From Octopus sinensis (Eukaryota), in contig NC_043016.1 in the NCBI RefSeq assembly GCF_006345805.1, forward strand, positions 20,770,001 to 20,834,000: a stretch of DNA of 64,000 bases, given 5' to 3'. The position numbers and the translations under genes were made by a program. Shown in pieces: positions 51,561-64,000 of the stretch (position 1 is its first letter; every line of letters starts with the position of its first letter). The notes under the pieces were generated by a model, which made no database searches, was not told the DNA's origin, and saw nothing but the letters and a program-made list of their open reading frames with translations.

Positions 51561-53755
51561 TGTCAATAAAAAGACCAACTTATTTAATATGTGAAAGAAT
51601 GCTTTCAAAAATTATACAGATGAAATAATAAAGTGTCAACAAAATAACATGCAGCAATAGAATGTCAAACTACATGTAGCAAACAAGTAGTGGGCCACAT
51701 TTCTATAATGATTCAAACTAAAACTATTTTCATGGGATATGTGTTTGCTTGACATTGGGTAACACCACATCAGCTATAAACTCATTAACCGCAACGAAAC
51801 ATTGCCAAGCTCTGATTTAGTCTATGTTGATCATTCTATGCAATCAGGATTGATCTGAGGAATATATATATGAAAAATATATAAAATTTCCAAAATGCTG
51901 TATCTGTGGTTCACATCCATAGATGTTTGAAACCAGTTTCCAATATGTTATGAGTATTGTTTTAATTGGGATATATTGATGGCAACATAGCAACAACATG
52001 CTGGACTTCACATTTTTCTTAGCAAGACAACAAAGGACATAGGATTTCTCAGTGTTTGTTCTGTGGATCATGTTACACTAGATAGTCAAACCAACTGCAT
52101 TGCATGATTACTTGTTTGACCTGGGATGACCTAAAACACCACAAAACATATAGAGCATTGAATCTGTGGATTAAATACCCAATTATTTGACTTGGACTAA
52201 ACTCAATATTAACAAGGACCGGTGGGAGTTATGGTTTGTATCACTTGGCCTACTAGAAATAGTAGCAAAATATCTTTCATTTTGTACTCTGCCATATTAA
52301 AAAGGAAATGATGACACACTGAGTGATGTAGTCTGAGGTACACCACAGAAAAGAAATTACTAGAATGCTTTCTTTTTTTCACTATAGATTTGCTCAGTGC
52401 AAGCTTCCCTGGAGCTAGACCACAACATCAATAATCATGAGCTGTACTCAAACAACTATCACATTACAACCAAGTCCATATTGAAGTCTTTCTCTTTAGG
52501 GCTAAACCTGGGACTGCACTAACCAAATGATCATTAATAACTTCATTAGCCCCATTAAACACTGCTCTTGGATGCATGTTACCAATGATAAGTACGAATA
52601 AGCATGCAAATGTGCTTTGACAGAGCTTACCACTGTAGTGACCACCAGCATATAAACCTACTGCTGTATAATACAAACAGTCCTCAAAAAGATAAAAGAA
52701 CTTAAAACAATGGACCAGTGACTCATTATTCTATATCATTCAAAACCAACCAGCTGTATGTTACAAGTAAGGCTTACCTGAATGAGGACATACCACACCC
52801 TATGAGCAGACCTATGAGTCTGCTCATACAAATATTATACTCTGATAGAGTCCACTTTGTTATCAGTTTAATTGAGTGGGGCTAAATCTGAATTTATGTA
52901 GCAACAATAATCTCATAACATCATTAGCCATATACGCCAGTACCACCACGACAAATGACTGTCATGCTTTAACTGAGTCCACAACATTTCTTTTATATAC
53001 ATCAGTCTACCCAATACCAGATCTTAAAATTGAAGTGATACAGGAACAAACTGCATAATGAAGGTAACATACAATGTAAATTCCTTCTTTCTGATATTGC
53101 CAGCACAAATTACACTGCATCACCATAAAACAATGCCAATGGGTCTAGTTCTGAATTCAGATGGATATATAGAGAATATGGTCTATCTGATGTCAGTGGT
53201 CCAATGACATGTAATTGTGTTATATAAGCTTTTTGCCCTGGCCTAACCTCCAACTACATAGCATGTTTATATCTTTGTATGTGTGTGTATGTATGTACAC
53301 ACACATACAAATATACACAATGATTTTATATGTGTGTGTGTGCATGTACTGTTATATATACATGTATAAGATCACATTCACCACTTGTTAATAATAAAAT
53401 CTAGTGTCTAATTTAAATATAGCTGATTTAGGATATACTCATGTTGGTGTGTTTGATAAATCTAGTTCTGATAGAAATAGGATATATATATATATAAAAT
53501 GTATTTCTGTGTTAATGTATGTATTCATGTATGTATATACTTTAAATATATGTTTGTAAAATTCTGGCCATATATCATGTTTCTTTGTATTTTTCTTTTT
53601 TTTTTTTAAATATGAACTGATAAATATGCCACCGGGCTCATTTCAAATGTGCAATAACTATCAGCTTCCAATCTGTTTATAAAAATATATATATGCGTAT
53701 ATATAACCTTCTGTTTGAACAAATATGTATATGTATGTCCTTATATATATGTATG

Positions 53756-53792
<37 letters not shown>

Positions 53793-56003
53793 CATATACA
53801 TATTCATGTATACATATGTGTATATAGATGACTATTATTTATGCAAATTTATGTTAATAAATACAAATAAATAAAACTTCAAAAAACATTTTCATTTACT
53901 CTCTGTGTATATATTAGCAAAATTTTATTTATTTCTGTCTATCTATTTATTTATTAAATGTAGCTATTTATTTGACTGTATAGGAGTGGTATGGCATGGC
54001 CTTGCACAGCCACATGGTTCTATTCTTTTTTTGTAGTATCTTAGGAATTTGTGTTCTACTATAGTCTCAGTTTGACCAATAACTCTTGAGTGGAACACAG
54101 TAATCAGAAACTGCATTAAAGCATGTGTGTGTGTTTGTTAATAATTTCTGTTATGTCCTGTAATGAGCAGTCTGAGAAATAGAGATTGATAGAAAAGTAT
54201 GAAACTGGAAAATGTCTTGGGATCAATATGATAGATAGCAATGAAGGTTGTGCTCCAGTTTGAACATAGCTCATGGTTGAAACCAGCAAAAGAATAAAAG
54301 TCTTTCGCTTCCTTCTATTTCTCGTGAACACTTCTTTCTGTTTATCTCTAGCTCTCTACACAAAAATATTTTTCTTGAATCAATGATTAATAAAGAAATG
54401 ATTATCAATTAAAACTAGGAAATTATTCACAATACACAACAAAAAGGGTGTGAACTAAATAATGTTCTGATGTCTCAGTTTGGAATGGTGAGGTTTGATG
54501 AAAAATTAGAGATCTTTGTAATGATATAGTAAATAAGGTTTTTAAAAACTATTGGTGGCTATCACCGACATACTATTATAAGCAAATTTGGGGTTAGATT
54601 TTTGTATAAGTTTATTGTTAAAATCATTGAAGTATCTACAAAAACTATGTTTAAATTAGTTATAATAGTTTTTTTTTTTTTCATTTTTTCAAATATTATT
54701 GAATGTATAAATCTGTCTTAAAGTACCTAAAGTATGTACATTGGCATACTGAGCTATTGCTAAGCCACTATTAAGCGAACTTTGAATATATAGTTCAACA
54801 AAAGTGCATATCTCTGTACTATTGTACAACCCCATACATTGGTAGAAACTTTGAACCTGGCTTTCTGATCCAAGTAAAATCTTTATTATAAGCTAGTATG
54901 TATAATCTCTATTTCATTACATCCTATGATATATATCTTAGCAGATCCTAGGCAGGACACTGGTGAAAAAAATTAAAGTTAGAAGGTTAAATTCACCTAT
55001 ATAGATTGGATAAATTTTGAGTCTCTTTTATTAATATTATTAAACCAACTAATAACTGTTTTGCAATTGTTCCATAGGTGGAAGTTGGTTATCTTTTTGT
55101 TACAAATATTACTTTAAAATTTTCTTGTTAATTAATTCAGTAAGGTTGATTAATCTACATTTGGGATTAGAGTTAAAAATTTCCCGTGTTGTCCATAAGT
55201 ATGACAAACATCTTACATCTATTTAAACAGTGTAATTTATTGTCTAATTTTATTTATGAGCCATATTTTTTGCCTCTTTATTGTATTTTATTAATTAGTC
55301 TTTGAATTATTATGGGTTTAATTAGAAGTTGATTGTAGGTACCATTTTCTACTTCATAATAGCCTATTGTTTTATAAGTAAATCTAAATTTTCCTTGGAT
55401 GGTGCTAGTGTAATTACAGAACTTTATGTTGTATACAATGTCTGAAAGGTTGAATTCAAAGGATATTAGGTCCTTCATTCAGTTACATGCTATTATATCA
55501 GAGATGGATGCTTTCAGAATCAAAGAAGAAACTTTTTAGCGCACGCATTTTACTACATCTTAAGCTTCCTCCAGTAACTTCTTAATTTACTTCTTGCTAG
55601 AGAGAGTGAAAATATTCTTTATAGTTTAGATCCATAGCTGATACTCTTGCTTTTGTTTGTAAAAAGTACTCTACAATACATTGTACTGAAATATATCACA
55701 AATCATATAACAACATATCCTCTTGGTAAAACATTGCATGTGATAACATCATCAGTGTAATGTATAAACACAGATTATGGAAACAGAAATAATGTACTTG
55801 ATACACAAGTAGGAAGAAATATATATGTAATGTAACATAGTCTGTTATAGCTTCATAATATAGTCCATTATGGGTTTCATATCCAATTAGTTGAACAATT
55901 AAGCATTCATCTGATAATATACCTTCATCAACAGTTTTGAAAAATTCAAAATGAATAATGTTACTTTCAGCATACTGAGATGGTGAATGTAAGGAGTATC
56001 TCA

Positions 56004-56382
56004 TCTCTCTATATATAAACGACAAAATGTCTGTCTGTCTGTGTGTGTGTGTGCGCGTGTCCTTTATACAAATCCACAATTTTTCAGTTAGAGGGCTTGC
56101 ACTTTCTAAGGTCATTCAAAACTGTCCAAGGGTGGTCGTGCACATCTTTACATTTGCCCAGTCACCCCGCAAAGCCATTAAAAAATCAATAGAAGTGACT
56201 TTTTGGGAATTTTCTATCCAAAACCCAATCAAAATGCCTGAAACTTGATACGCCAATTGAATGCCAGCTAGCTGTATGTGATTGGTCGGAGATTTGGAGA
56301 GTACTCGCGTGTATGTGCGCACGCACGCAGTTGTATATGCATGCACTAGCACTATGACCCAGCAATGCCAAGTCAGTGCTAG
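56004..56382 (+). mobile_element. Non-autonomous Helitron-like element, same family as 13295-13630
   Basis: A|TCTCTCTATATATAAACGAC ... GTGCTAG|T; body nearly identical to the 13.3-kb copy apart from two short indels. Confidence 0.7.
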
Positions 56383-56700
56383 TCTATAATATTAATGTTG
56401 TTCCTGTCAATTTTGTTAGTGTATTATACTTACACCAAGGGAGGTAATAACCCAAATGGAAAAATATTTATGAGAGAAAGGGAAACGAGAATGGAAATAG
56501 TAGAATCGAAATCAATGTAAAAAGTAGAAAAAAAACACAATTGAGAGAGAGAGAGATTCTGTATTTATGTGTTCAAATTACAAGGCACAGTTGAAATGTT
56601 TAACATAATGAAAAAATGTCATTAAAGGTCTATAAATTAAAAGATATAAAAGTGAAATAACTTTAGCAAATAGCTGTGGTTGTTACACTTTTATCATTTA

Positions 56701-57096
56701 CTAGCAGTATCGCCCGGCGTTGCTCGGGTTGTAAGGGAAATAACTATATAAGCATTTTTAGAGAGTTATAGCCAAAAAATAGCAAAAAAATGCATTAAAA
56801 ATTGAAAAAAAATTAAGGTAAATTTTTTTTTTAAATCGTTGACACATCGTAGATATTTTTAGAGAGTTACTTCCCTTATATAAAAGCGAAAAAAATGCAT
56901 TCAAATGGAAAAATATGATGGTAAATTTTTTTTAAATCGTAGACTCATCGTAGACACGCGCTAATACCCAGAAGGGCTCGATATGAATCACGACTATAAG
57001 ATACCCGCTTTTGGTTAAACTGCACGGCAAAATGTGGGAGTAGTTACGAATCTAAATCGAAGGGGACAGACACACAACTTCACTCTTATATAAAGA
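56701..57096 (-). mobile_element. Non-autonomous Helitron-like element, second family
   Basis: Minus strand A|TCTTTATATAAG ... CCCGAGCAACGCCGGG-CGATACTGCTAG|T. Confidence 0.7.
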
Positions 57097-58039
57097 TGCT
57101 TATTTTTTTTCAGTCATAGAGTTAGATTTATGAAGGTCTTCAGTAGAAAATCCTTCGAATTCTGACTCGCTGCTTGATATAATGAAATTCGTATCCATTT
57201 TTTGTCAGAATTAGAAATTTTGAAAACACAATAGGAACAAATTTCGGAAAAAAATCTCCCATAATTCACGGAATTAAAATTACACTTCGATTTTTGTACA
57301 AAACTGTATTTGAAGTGTTTACGAAGTATAATACGTGTTTTCACGAATGTACTAAAGAGATTTACTCTGATATTCTCATTTAAATATGAATAGGTAAATT
57401 CGGGCGGTTTGGTAACGAAAGGGTTTATATAAGTGTCGTCTGTTTATACATAAACACTGTTTCATACTTTCAGTTTAGTCTTGCTCAAATCACTCTGTCG
57501 CTAATTTACTCTCTTCCAAGAACATTTTCACTCACTGTTATCTGTTAGCTTCCCATACATTTTACTCATGTATCTATCAGCGTGATAGACAGAAACAAAT
57601 ATTACATTTACTTTCATTTTATTTGTCGCACACTGTGTGTGTGCGTTTGCGTGTGGTGTAAACCAGACTAAGAAAAGCATTTGACACACACACCAGAATG
57701 TGAGTTTTCTGTAAATTTTGCTTAATTGGAGTTTAAATTTTAAAAACTGGACCTGGCATGACGCGATGCATTGTACTCTCAAAAATGCTAGGTAAATTGT
57801 AATTGAAGAAATCCTATATTGTAGATTTGTATAACTCCCAAAGGGAGGCAGATAAAATCTGCCTTTTATAATAAGAGATGTATTCCAGAGCAAAGGTTGT
57901 GGCCATGCTGGACCAAAAAGTGAATGCTAAGTTCAAAGCCATTTAATCTTGTGATTATACTAAATTCCAACTTTTCAGTAAATATAGTTAAAGGTGTATT
58001 GCTATGTAACATGTTAATATGATTTGTTAAGCCTGGCAG

Positions 58040-58260
58040 ACTTGATTACAAGTTTTGCACTTGGAAACGTTTGACTGCCTCACATTCATCATATCTAACT
58101 TCTTGCTCAAAACCACATTGGCTTCCCACTATGACAGACTGACACATGAAGTTATTCAGAAGAATCACTGAAAATATCTTCCCAATAGATAAATGAAGAG
58201 AAATACCATGATAGTTTCCACATTCCTTTTTCTTAGCCTTATCCTCATATAGCAACAACA
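58040..58260 (-). mobile_element. RTE-BovB-like RT fragment
   Basis: ECGNYHGISLHLSIGKIFSVILLN...SQCGF resembles DCGNYRGISLLSIAGKI...SQCGF. Confidence 0.7.
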
Positions 58261-59410
58261 TATAGCTTTATAAGGATAAGACCAATGCTGACGGACAGAT
58301 AATCTGCCAAGTCATCATCATCATCATCATCGTTTAACGTCCGTTTTCCATGCTAGCATGGGTTGGACAGTTCGACTGGGGTCTGGGAAGCCAGGAGGCT
58401 GCACCAGGCTCCAGTCTGATCTGGCAGTGTTTCTACAGCTGGATGCCTTTCCTAACGCCAACCACTCCGTGAGTGTAGTGGGTGCTTTTTACATGCCACC
58501 GGCACAGGGGCCAGACGAGGCTGGCAAACGGTCATGATCAGTTGGTGCTTTTATGTGTCACCAACACAGATGCCAGTCAGGCAGCAATGGCAACTGCCAC
58601 GTTCGGATGGTGCTTTTAACGTGTCACCAGCACGGGTATCTTAACTACAATTTCCATTTGATTTTCATTTTGATGTTGGTGTTAACATAGTAATTCATTA
58701 ATTGACTAATTGTACCAACCAGCTTAATATTTTATTTAGAAGTACAGGTGATATACAGCTCAGATAATTCTATCTATGCCAGGATCTGATTGATCAACTT
58801 CTGCACTTCTTCCAGAGTTAGAATAACATTTTTTAAATGATGGTTGATTTAGAAAGTGAACAATTAATGTCCTCATTCATGAGTGAAGGATTCCTAAAAA
58901 TATCTATGAAGCATTCATCTCAGATGAATTTAATCCTTCTTTAACAACCACAGATGAAATGTGTGTGTATGCTGGGGTCCATATACCTACTTCATCGGTA
59001 ATGCAAGTCAACATCCTCTCTTTCTGCCACTGTCTCTATGTTAACAGCTTTTCCTATCCATCTGCTATCTTTATCAATCTAAACTTACAGTACAAGTTAA
59101 ATGTTGCAACAACAAACTGTATTCTCAATGTGATTTTTCTGTGCTACAGGAATAATGTGTTGCAGAATTTTAGCAAACAATTTTTTCTTTTGCTTGAGTA
59201 TTGCTTCAATTTCGACATCCTTATATCTCAAACCAATTTGATGTACTTGTTTCTCATAACTGAGCATATCTTCTACCACAAAGACCATTTCCTTAAAGTC
59301 TGTATCCATATCATCCAATTTTTCCTTTGGTTATTTAGCAACTTTGAGCTCAGATACATCAATGTATCCAAGCTATAGCATCCAGACTGCAGTTATGTCC
59401 TTAATGCATC

Positions 59411-59441
<31 letters not shown>

Positions 59442-59719
59442 CATGCATGCGTGTGTGCATGCATGCGTGTATGCATGCATGCGTGTGTGCATGCATGCGT
59501 GTGTGCATGAGTGCATGTATGTACATCCATGATTGCACTGTTCATATTGTATTATTTTGCCTCACTTTATTTTCACTGGAACTAATACTTCTATTGAAAA
59601 AGACTTGTGTTAATTTAATTTTATTGTAAATAGACAAATATATTTGTTTTCCCTTTTTCAGTTCAAATCAGTCGTATTAATCCGTTCTTCATCTCAGTGG
59701 CTAGGACTCTACAATATAT

Positions 59720-59950
59720 ATTTCTTTACTACCCACAAGGGGCCAGACACAGAGGGGACAAACAAGGACAGACAAACGGATTAAGTTGATTATATCGACC
59801 CCATAGCATAACTGGTACTTAATTTATCGCCCCCGAAAGGATGAAAGGCAAAGTCAACCTCAGCGGAATTTGAACTCAGAACGTAGCGGCAGACGAAATA
59901 CTGCTAGGCATTTCGCGCAGCGTGCTAACGATTCTGCCAGCTCGCCGCCT
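59720..59950 (-). mobile_element. tRNA-derived SINE (family C, Nin/Deu-like central domain) with 11-bp TSD
   Basis: GGCGGCGAGCTGGCAG..GTTCAAATTCC..GACTTTGCCTTTCATCCTTTCGGGG..AAGTACCAG. TSD CTACAATATAT at 59709-59719 and 59949-59959. Other copies at 62229-62466 (+) and ~37045-37240 (+). Confidence 0.85.
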
Positions 59951-60904
59951 ACAATATATTTTACCTGTTTCTCTGTTTCCTCTTCACTGTATTAACTGCT
60001 TGACAAGTATGCCTTAGCCTGTTGGTGCCACTTAGGTGAGTGCTCTTAGTGAACTAGCTGATGTAGATTAAGTTTTCATTTGTTCATATATGTTGCAGTG
60101 TTATATCCTTTGATGATGATACACTTGCACTTGTATTTGCTAGCCTTTAGTGAATTGGAGAACTTAAAATTGATGTGTACATTAAATCTATCTGTATATT
60201 GTTAACTTTTTAGCATTCAGATTATTCTGTCAAGCTTAATGTTTATTTATTCAAATTGGCTTGAATTAATCATACATTATCTCATTGTGTGAGAGGCCAA
60301 ATTTGGCCAATTTGGACATAAAACATGTAGAATATTTGGGCCTGATATGGCTGGTTTAATTTCATAATACCCAACTTATTTTTGGAAGTTTCATCCTTTA
60401 GTGTTCTTCTGTATGAGGAATAGCAAACTTCACTTATTTGGACCTCCTTGACAAAAGGGGCTTCAAAGACACTTAGTGCAGGTGGCAAGTCCACTGTTTA
60501 CGGTAGCATTGTTGATGTAAACATTGCTTGTAATCAGTTTTAAACTGCATCCACAAAATTTGTCTTGCTGCTTGAATTAAAACCAGCTTATATGTCATAC
60601 TCAGCAACAGCTCAGCACTGATCTGGTCAGCTACTAAAACTGTCACATTACTACTGATTCTAAATGAAGAAAAAAATGAAAAACAAAAAGAGGAAATAAG
60701 TGAAAAAGAGAAATTATATGAAAGAGGAAAATAAACAGGAATAGTAAGAGGCAGAAAAAAGATAAAGAAAATGCCTGAAAGCACAAAGCTTTCAGTAAGA
60801 AACAGGAAGAGGGATAAAATAATACAAAGACACAGCAGGTGGTGAAAGTGAAAGAGTTAATAGCTACATACAAAAGAATGGTGGGGAGAAGAAAAGAGAC
60901 AAAC

Positions 60905-60955
60905 TCACACATTACATATACACATTACACACACAGATATATATATGTGTATGTG

Positions 60956-60991
<36 letters not shown>

Positions 60992-61033
60992 TACACATAT
61001 ATATATCTGTGCGTGTAATGTGTATATATATAT

Positions 61034-61085
<52 letters not shown>

Positions 61086-61162
61086 TACACATATATATAT
61101 CTGTGTGTGTAATGTGTATATGTAAATCTATTATTTCTCTGTATGTGTATAATATATATATA

Positions 61163-61207
<45 letters not shown>

Positions 61208-61263
61208 TACACATATATATATCTGTGTGTGTAATGTGTATATGTAAATCTATTATTTCTCTG

Positions 61264-61315
<52 letters not shown>
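60905..61315. repeat. Compound minisatellite (3 direct units plus 1 inverted) built from TA/CA microsatellites
   Basis: CTGTG(C/T)GTGTAATG anchors at 61007, 61101 and 61223; inverted copy at ~60920-60955. Confidence 0.8.
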
Positions 61316-61317
<2 letters not shown>

Positions 61318-61477
61318 TCAAGATTAAACAGCTGAAATTGCAAAGATGATCCAGGTTCCAACTGAAGATTAGAGGCTTCCAGTGACCCAGTGACCCGTCT
61401 GTTTTTTTGTGTTGTCTCTTTGTGTGTTTTTGCGTTCTTGTCCCACTTTGTAATTTATATTTTATATTTTATATTTG

Positions 61478-61520
<43 letters not shown>

Positions 61521-62679
61521 AACATCCAGACAGACAATACAAAGAAATCAAGGAGCCGATGCCTAATTGGCCTTAAGTATGCATTTATTTTTCTTCACTT
61601 TTACTTTTTGCTTTCTTTATTTTTTATCCTTAATATATCTTCTGTCCTCTCCTAGCTACCCACTTCTCTAAGCCTACTATAATAAAATATCACCTACTCC
61701 CCACTCTAGCCTACCAAAAAATCTATCTCACCCAGGTTGCTGACCTTAAATATCATATTACACCCTTTCCCAAACTATATTCTTAACCTAACCTATAGGC
61801 GAAGGAGTGGCTGTGTGGTAAGTAGCTTGCTTACCAACCACATGGTTCCGGGTTCATTCCCACTGCATGGCACCATAGGCAAGTGTCTTCTACTATAGCT
61901 TTGGGCTAACCAAAGCTTTGTGAGTGGATTTGGTAGACGGAAACTGGAAGAAGCCCATCATATATACATGGCCACAGTCCAATGACTGAAGGTAAACTAA
62001 AAGGTAAATGATAAAAGATAAGACAATTCTCCAGCATTATGTCTTCTAAATGGTGTGTAAATATTTATTGATACACAAATGGTGATTTTAATTTAATGCT
62101 GCATATGCTAAAGTTTTTATGTGGCCTGGCAGGCTGTTGCAATACCAATGTGTATTTTATTCCCTGTTTCCTTTATATCGATGTGCAAATATCATTTACT
62201 TCCAGCAATCTATATCATTATACCTTCAAATGGCGGTGAGCTGGCAGAAACGTTAGCACGCCGGGCGAAATGCATAGCCGTATTTCGTCTGCCGCTACGT
62301 TCTGAGTTCAAATTCCGCCGAGGTTGACTTTGCCTTTCATCCTTTCGGGGTCGATAAATTAAGTACCAGTTACGCACTGGAGTCAATGTAATCGACTTAA
62401 TCCGTTTGTCTGTCCTTGTTTGTCCCGTCTGTGTTTAGCCCCTTGTGGTTAATAAAGAAATAAATATTATTACCTGTTTGCCTACTGTGATTTCTACTTC
62501 CATTCAACTGTACTAGTAACTTGCATTTTATGTGCATTAATGATCTGTGCTGTAGGTAAGCTGCTTCTTTTTCTTTTAGAATTACAATATTATCAAAAAT
62601 GCTTTTTCCTGCCACCCTAGTTGCACATTTTATTTTTAACGATATACACTGGATATTGCTATGCTAGTCTTTGGGCATA

Positions 62680-62960
62680 ACGTCTTTCTGTACTACATGG
62701 TGGACAATGAATCGGGTGGTGAGCTTGAGCCATAGTTTGCCAGACATTTTCAATGTCTCAGCCGTAATTCCTGGTGGACAAGGTACCTTCCTTTCATATC
62801 CTTAATTGTTATAGCTATTATACTGCTGTCAATCTGGATTGCAGGTTCTGTTGAGAACACATGCATTCTTCACATTGAGCAACATCTCAAAACAGATTTC
62901 TGTGCTTCTTTCTTTTTAGTAATAAAGTCTGCCTTTCATTCTAATCACACTTTTTCTTGA
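62680..62960 (-). mobile_element. Decayed RTE fragment
   Basis: AATTAAGGATATGAAAG..GGAATTACGGCTGAGACATTGAAAATGTCTGG is homologous to 14135-14210. Confidence 0.6.
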
Positions 62961-63669
62961 GTTCATGATTTTATGTAGCACACAGCATTGCAATCCAGAA
63001 CACCAGGCATATACACGTGTGCATACTACTGCTCATATGTACATACATATCATACATATACATCAGTAGAGGTTACCAGTAATTCCTGGGTAAGGTTTTT
63101 AATTGAGACAAAAGGATTGGTGGTAAGGATAATTAGGTGCTGCACATCTTTATCGCTTACTTGTTTCAGTCATTAGACTGTGGCCATATCGGGGTATGGC
63201 CTTGAATTTTAGTCAAACAAATTGACTCCAGTACTTTTTTTAAAGCCTGGTACTTATTTTATTGGTTTGTTTTGCTGAACTGCTAAGTCTTTGGGATGTA
63301 AACACAGTAACACTGGTTGTCAAATGGTGGTGGTGAAGGGGGCACTATATATACAGACACAAAGACACACACACACACATACAACAGGCTTCTTTGTTTT
63401 TGTCTACTAAATCCATTCATAAAGCTTTGGTTGGCCCAAAGGTAGGACTGAACCCAGACAACCACATCTGCACCTATATAAATAAATATACACATGGCAT
63501 GTAAAAAGTACCCGCTACACTCTCAGGGTGGTTGGCAATAGGAAGGACATCCAGCTGTAGAAACATTGCCAGATCAGATTGGAGCCTGGTGCAGCCTTCT
63601 GGCTTGCCAGCCCTCAGTCAAACTGTCCAACCCATGCCAGCATGTAAAGCAGATGTTAAACGACAATGA

Positions 63670-63716
<47 letters not shown>

Positions 63717-64000
63717 CACACATATGCACACCCCTTATCAAAAATGGGTTTTTATTGAATTTCTCATTAAAATTGGATGTCAACAACAATACTCTTTATA
63801 CCACAATAATGTTAACAACTAAAGCACAAATTTTGCCAAAAGAGGACATCTGGTGATATCATTGATGCTCATACTGCAGGAGATTGGTATAAGACAATAT
63901 CTAAGAATTTCAATATGGCTAGATCAACTGTTTGTAACATAACCATGGAACATTGAGATACCAGTTGGTTGGAGAACAAACTACCTCCACCAAGAAGCTC

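Noticed and set aside
57114-57344. ORF possibly from a Helitron Rep protein
   Set aside because: Only a vague resemblance; no Rep or helicase motif.

Overview
AT-rich, microsatellite-dense animal DNA, most likely a coleoid cephalopod (octopus-like repeat families; inferred, not proven). It has a 100-N gap at 2928-3027. One host gene is supported: a plus-strand ANKRD50 orthologue (P-loop/NACHT-like NTPase plus ankyrin repeats) with three coding exons, 26671-36864, 40866-42702 and 44346-46460. It encodes about 4,700 aa, against roughly 1,400 aa in vertebrates. The conserved domain blocks are split by huge low-complexity and tandem-repeat inserts, and the first coding exon is over 10 kb. Exon 2 has two apparent 1-nt deletions, probably assembly errors. 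The rest is transposon debris: Tc1 (IR/DR type) and mariner relics, several RTE LINE copies with a PHD-type zinc finger inside the RT, a CR1-clade LINE, tRNA-derived SINEs, RTE-tail elements, non-autonomous Helitron-like elements and foldback elements. The main hidden signal is a set of type I hammerhead-ribozyme motifs with palindromic stem III (Penelope/retrozyme type) from several unrelated repeat families. These include one with an intact core at 15971-16073 and one with a U3-A8 covariant core inside a long inverted repeat in ANKRD50 intron 1.
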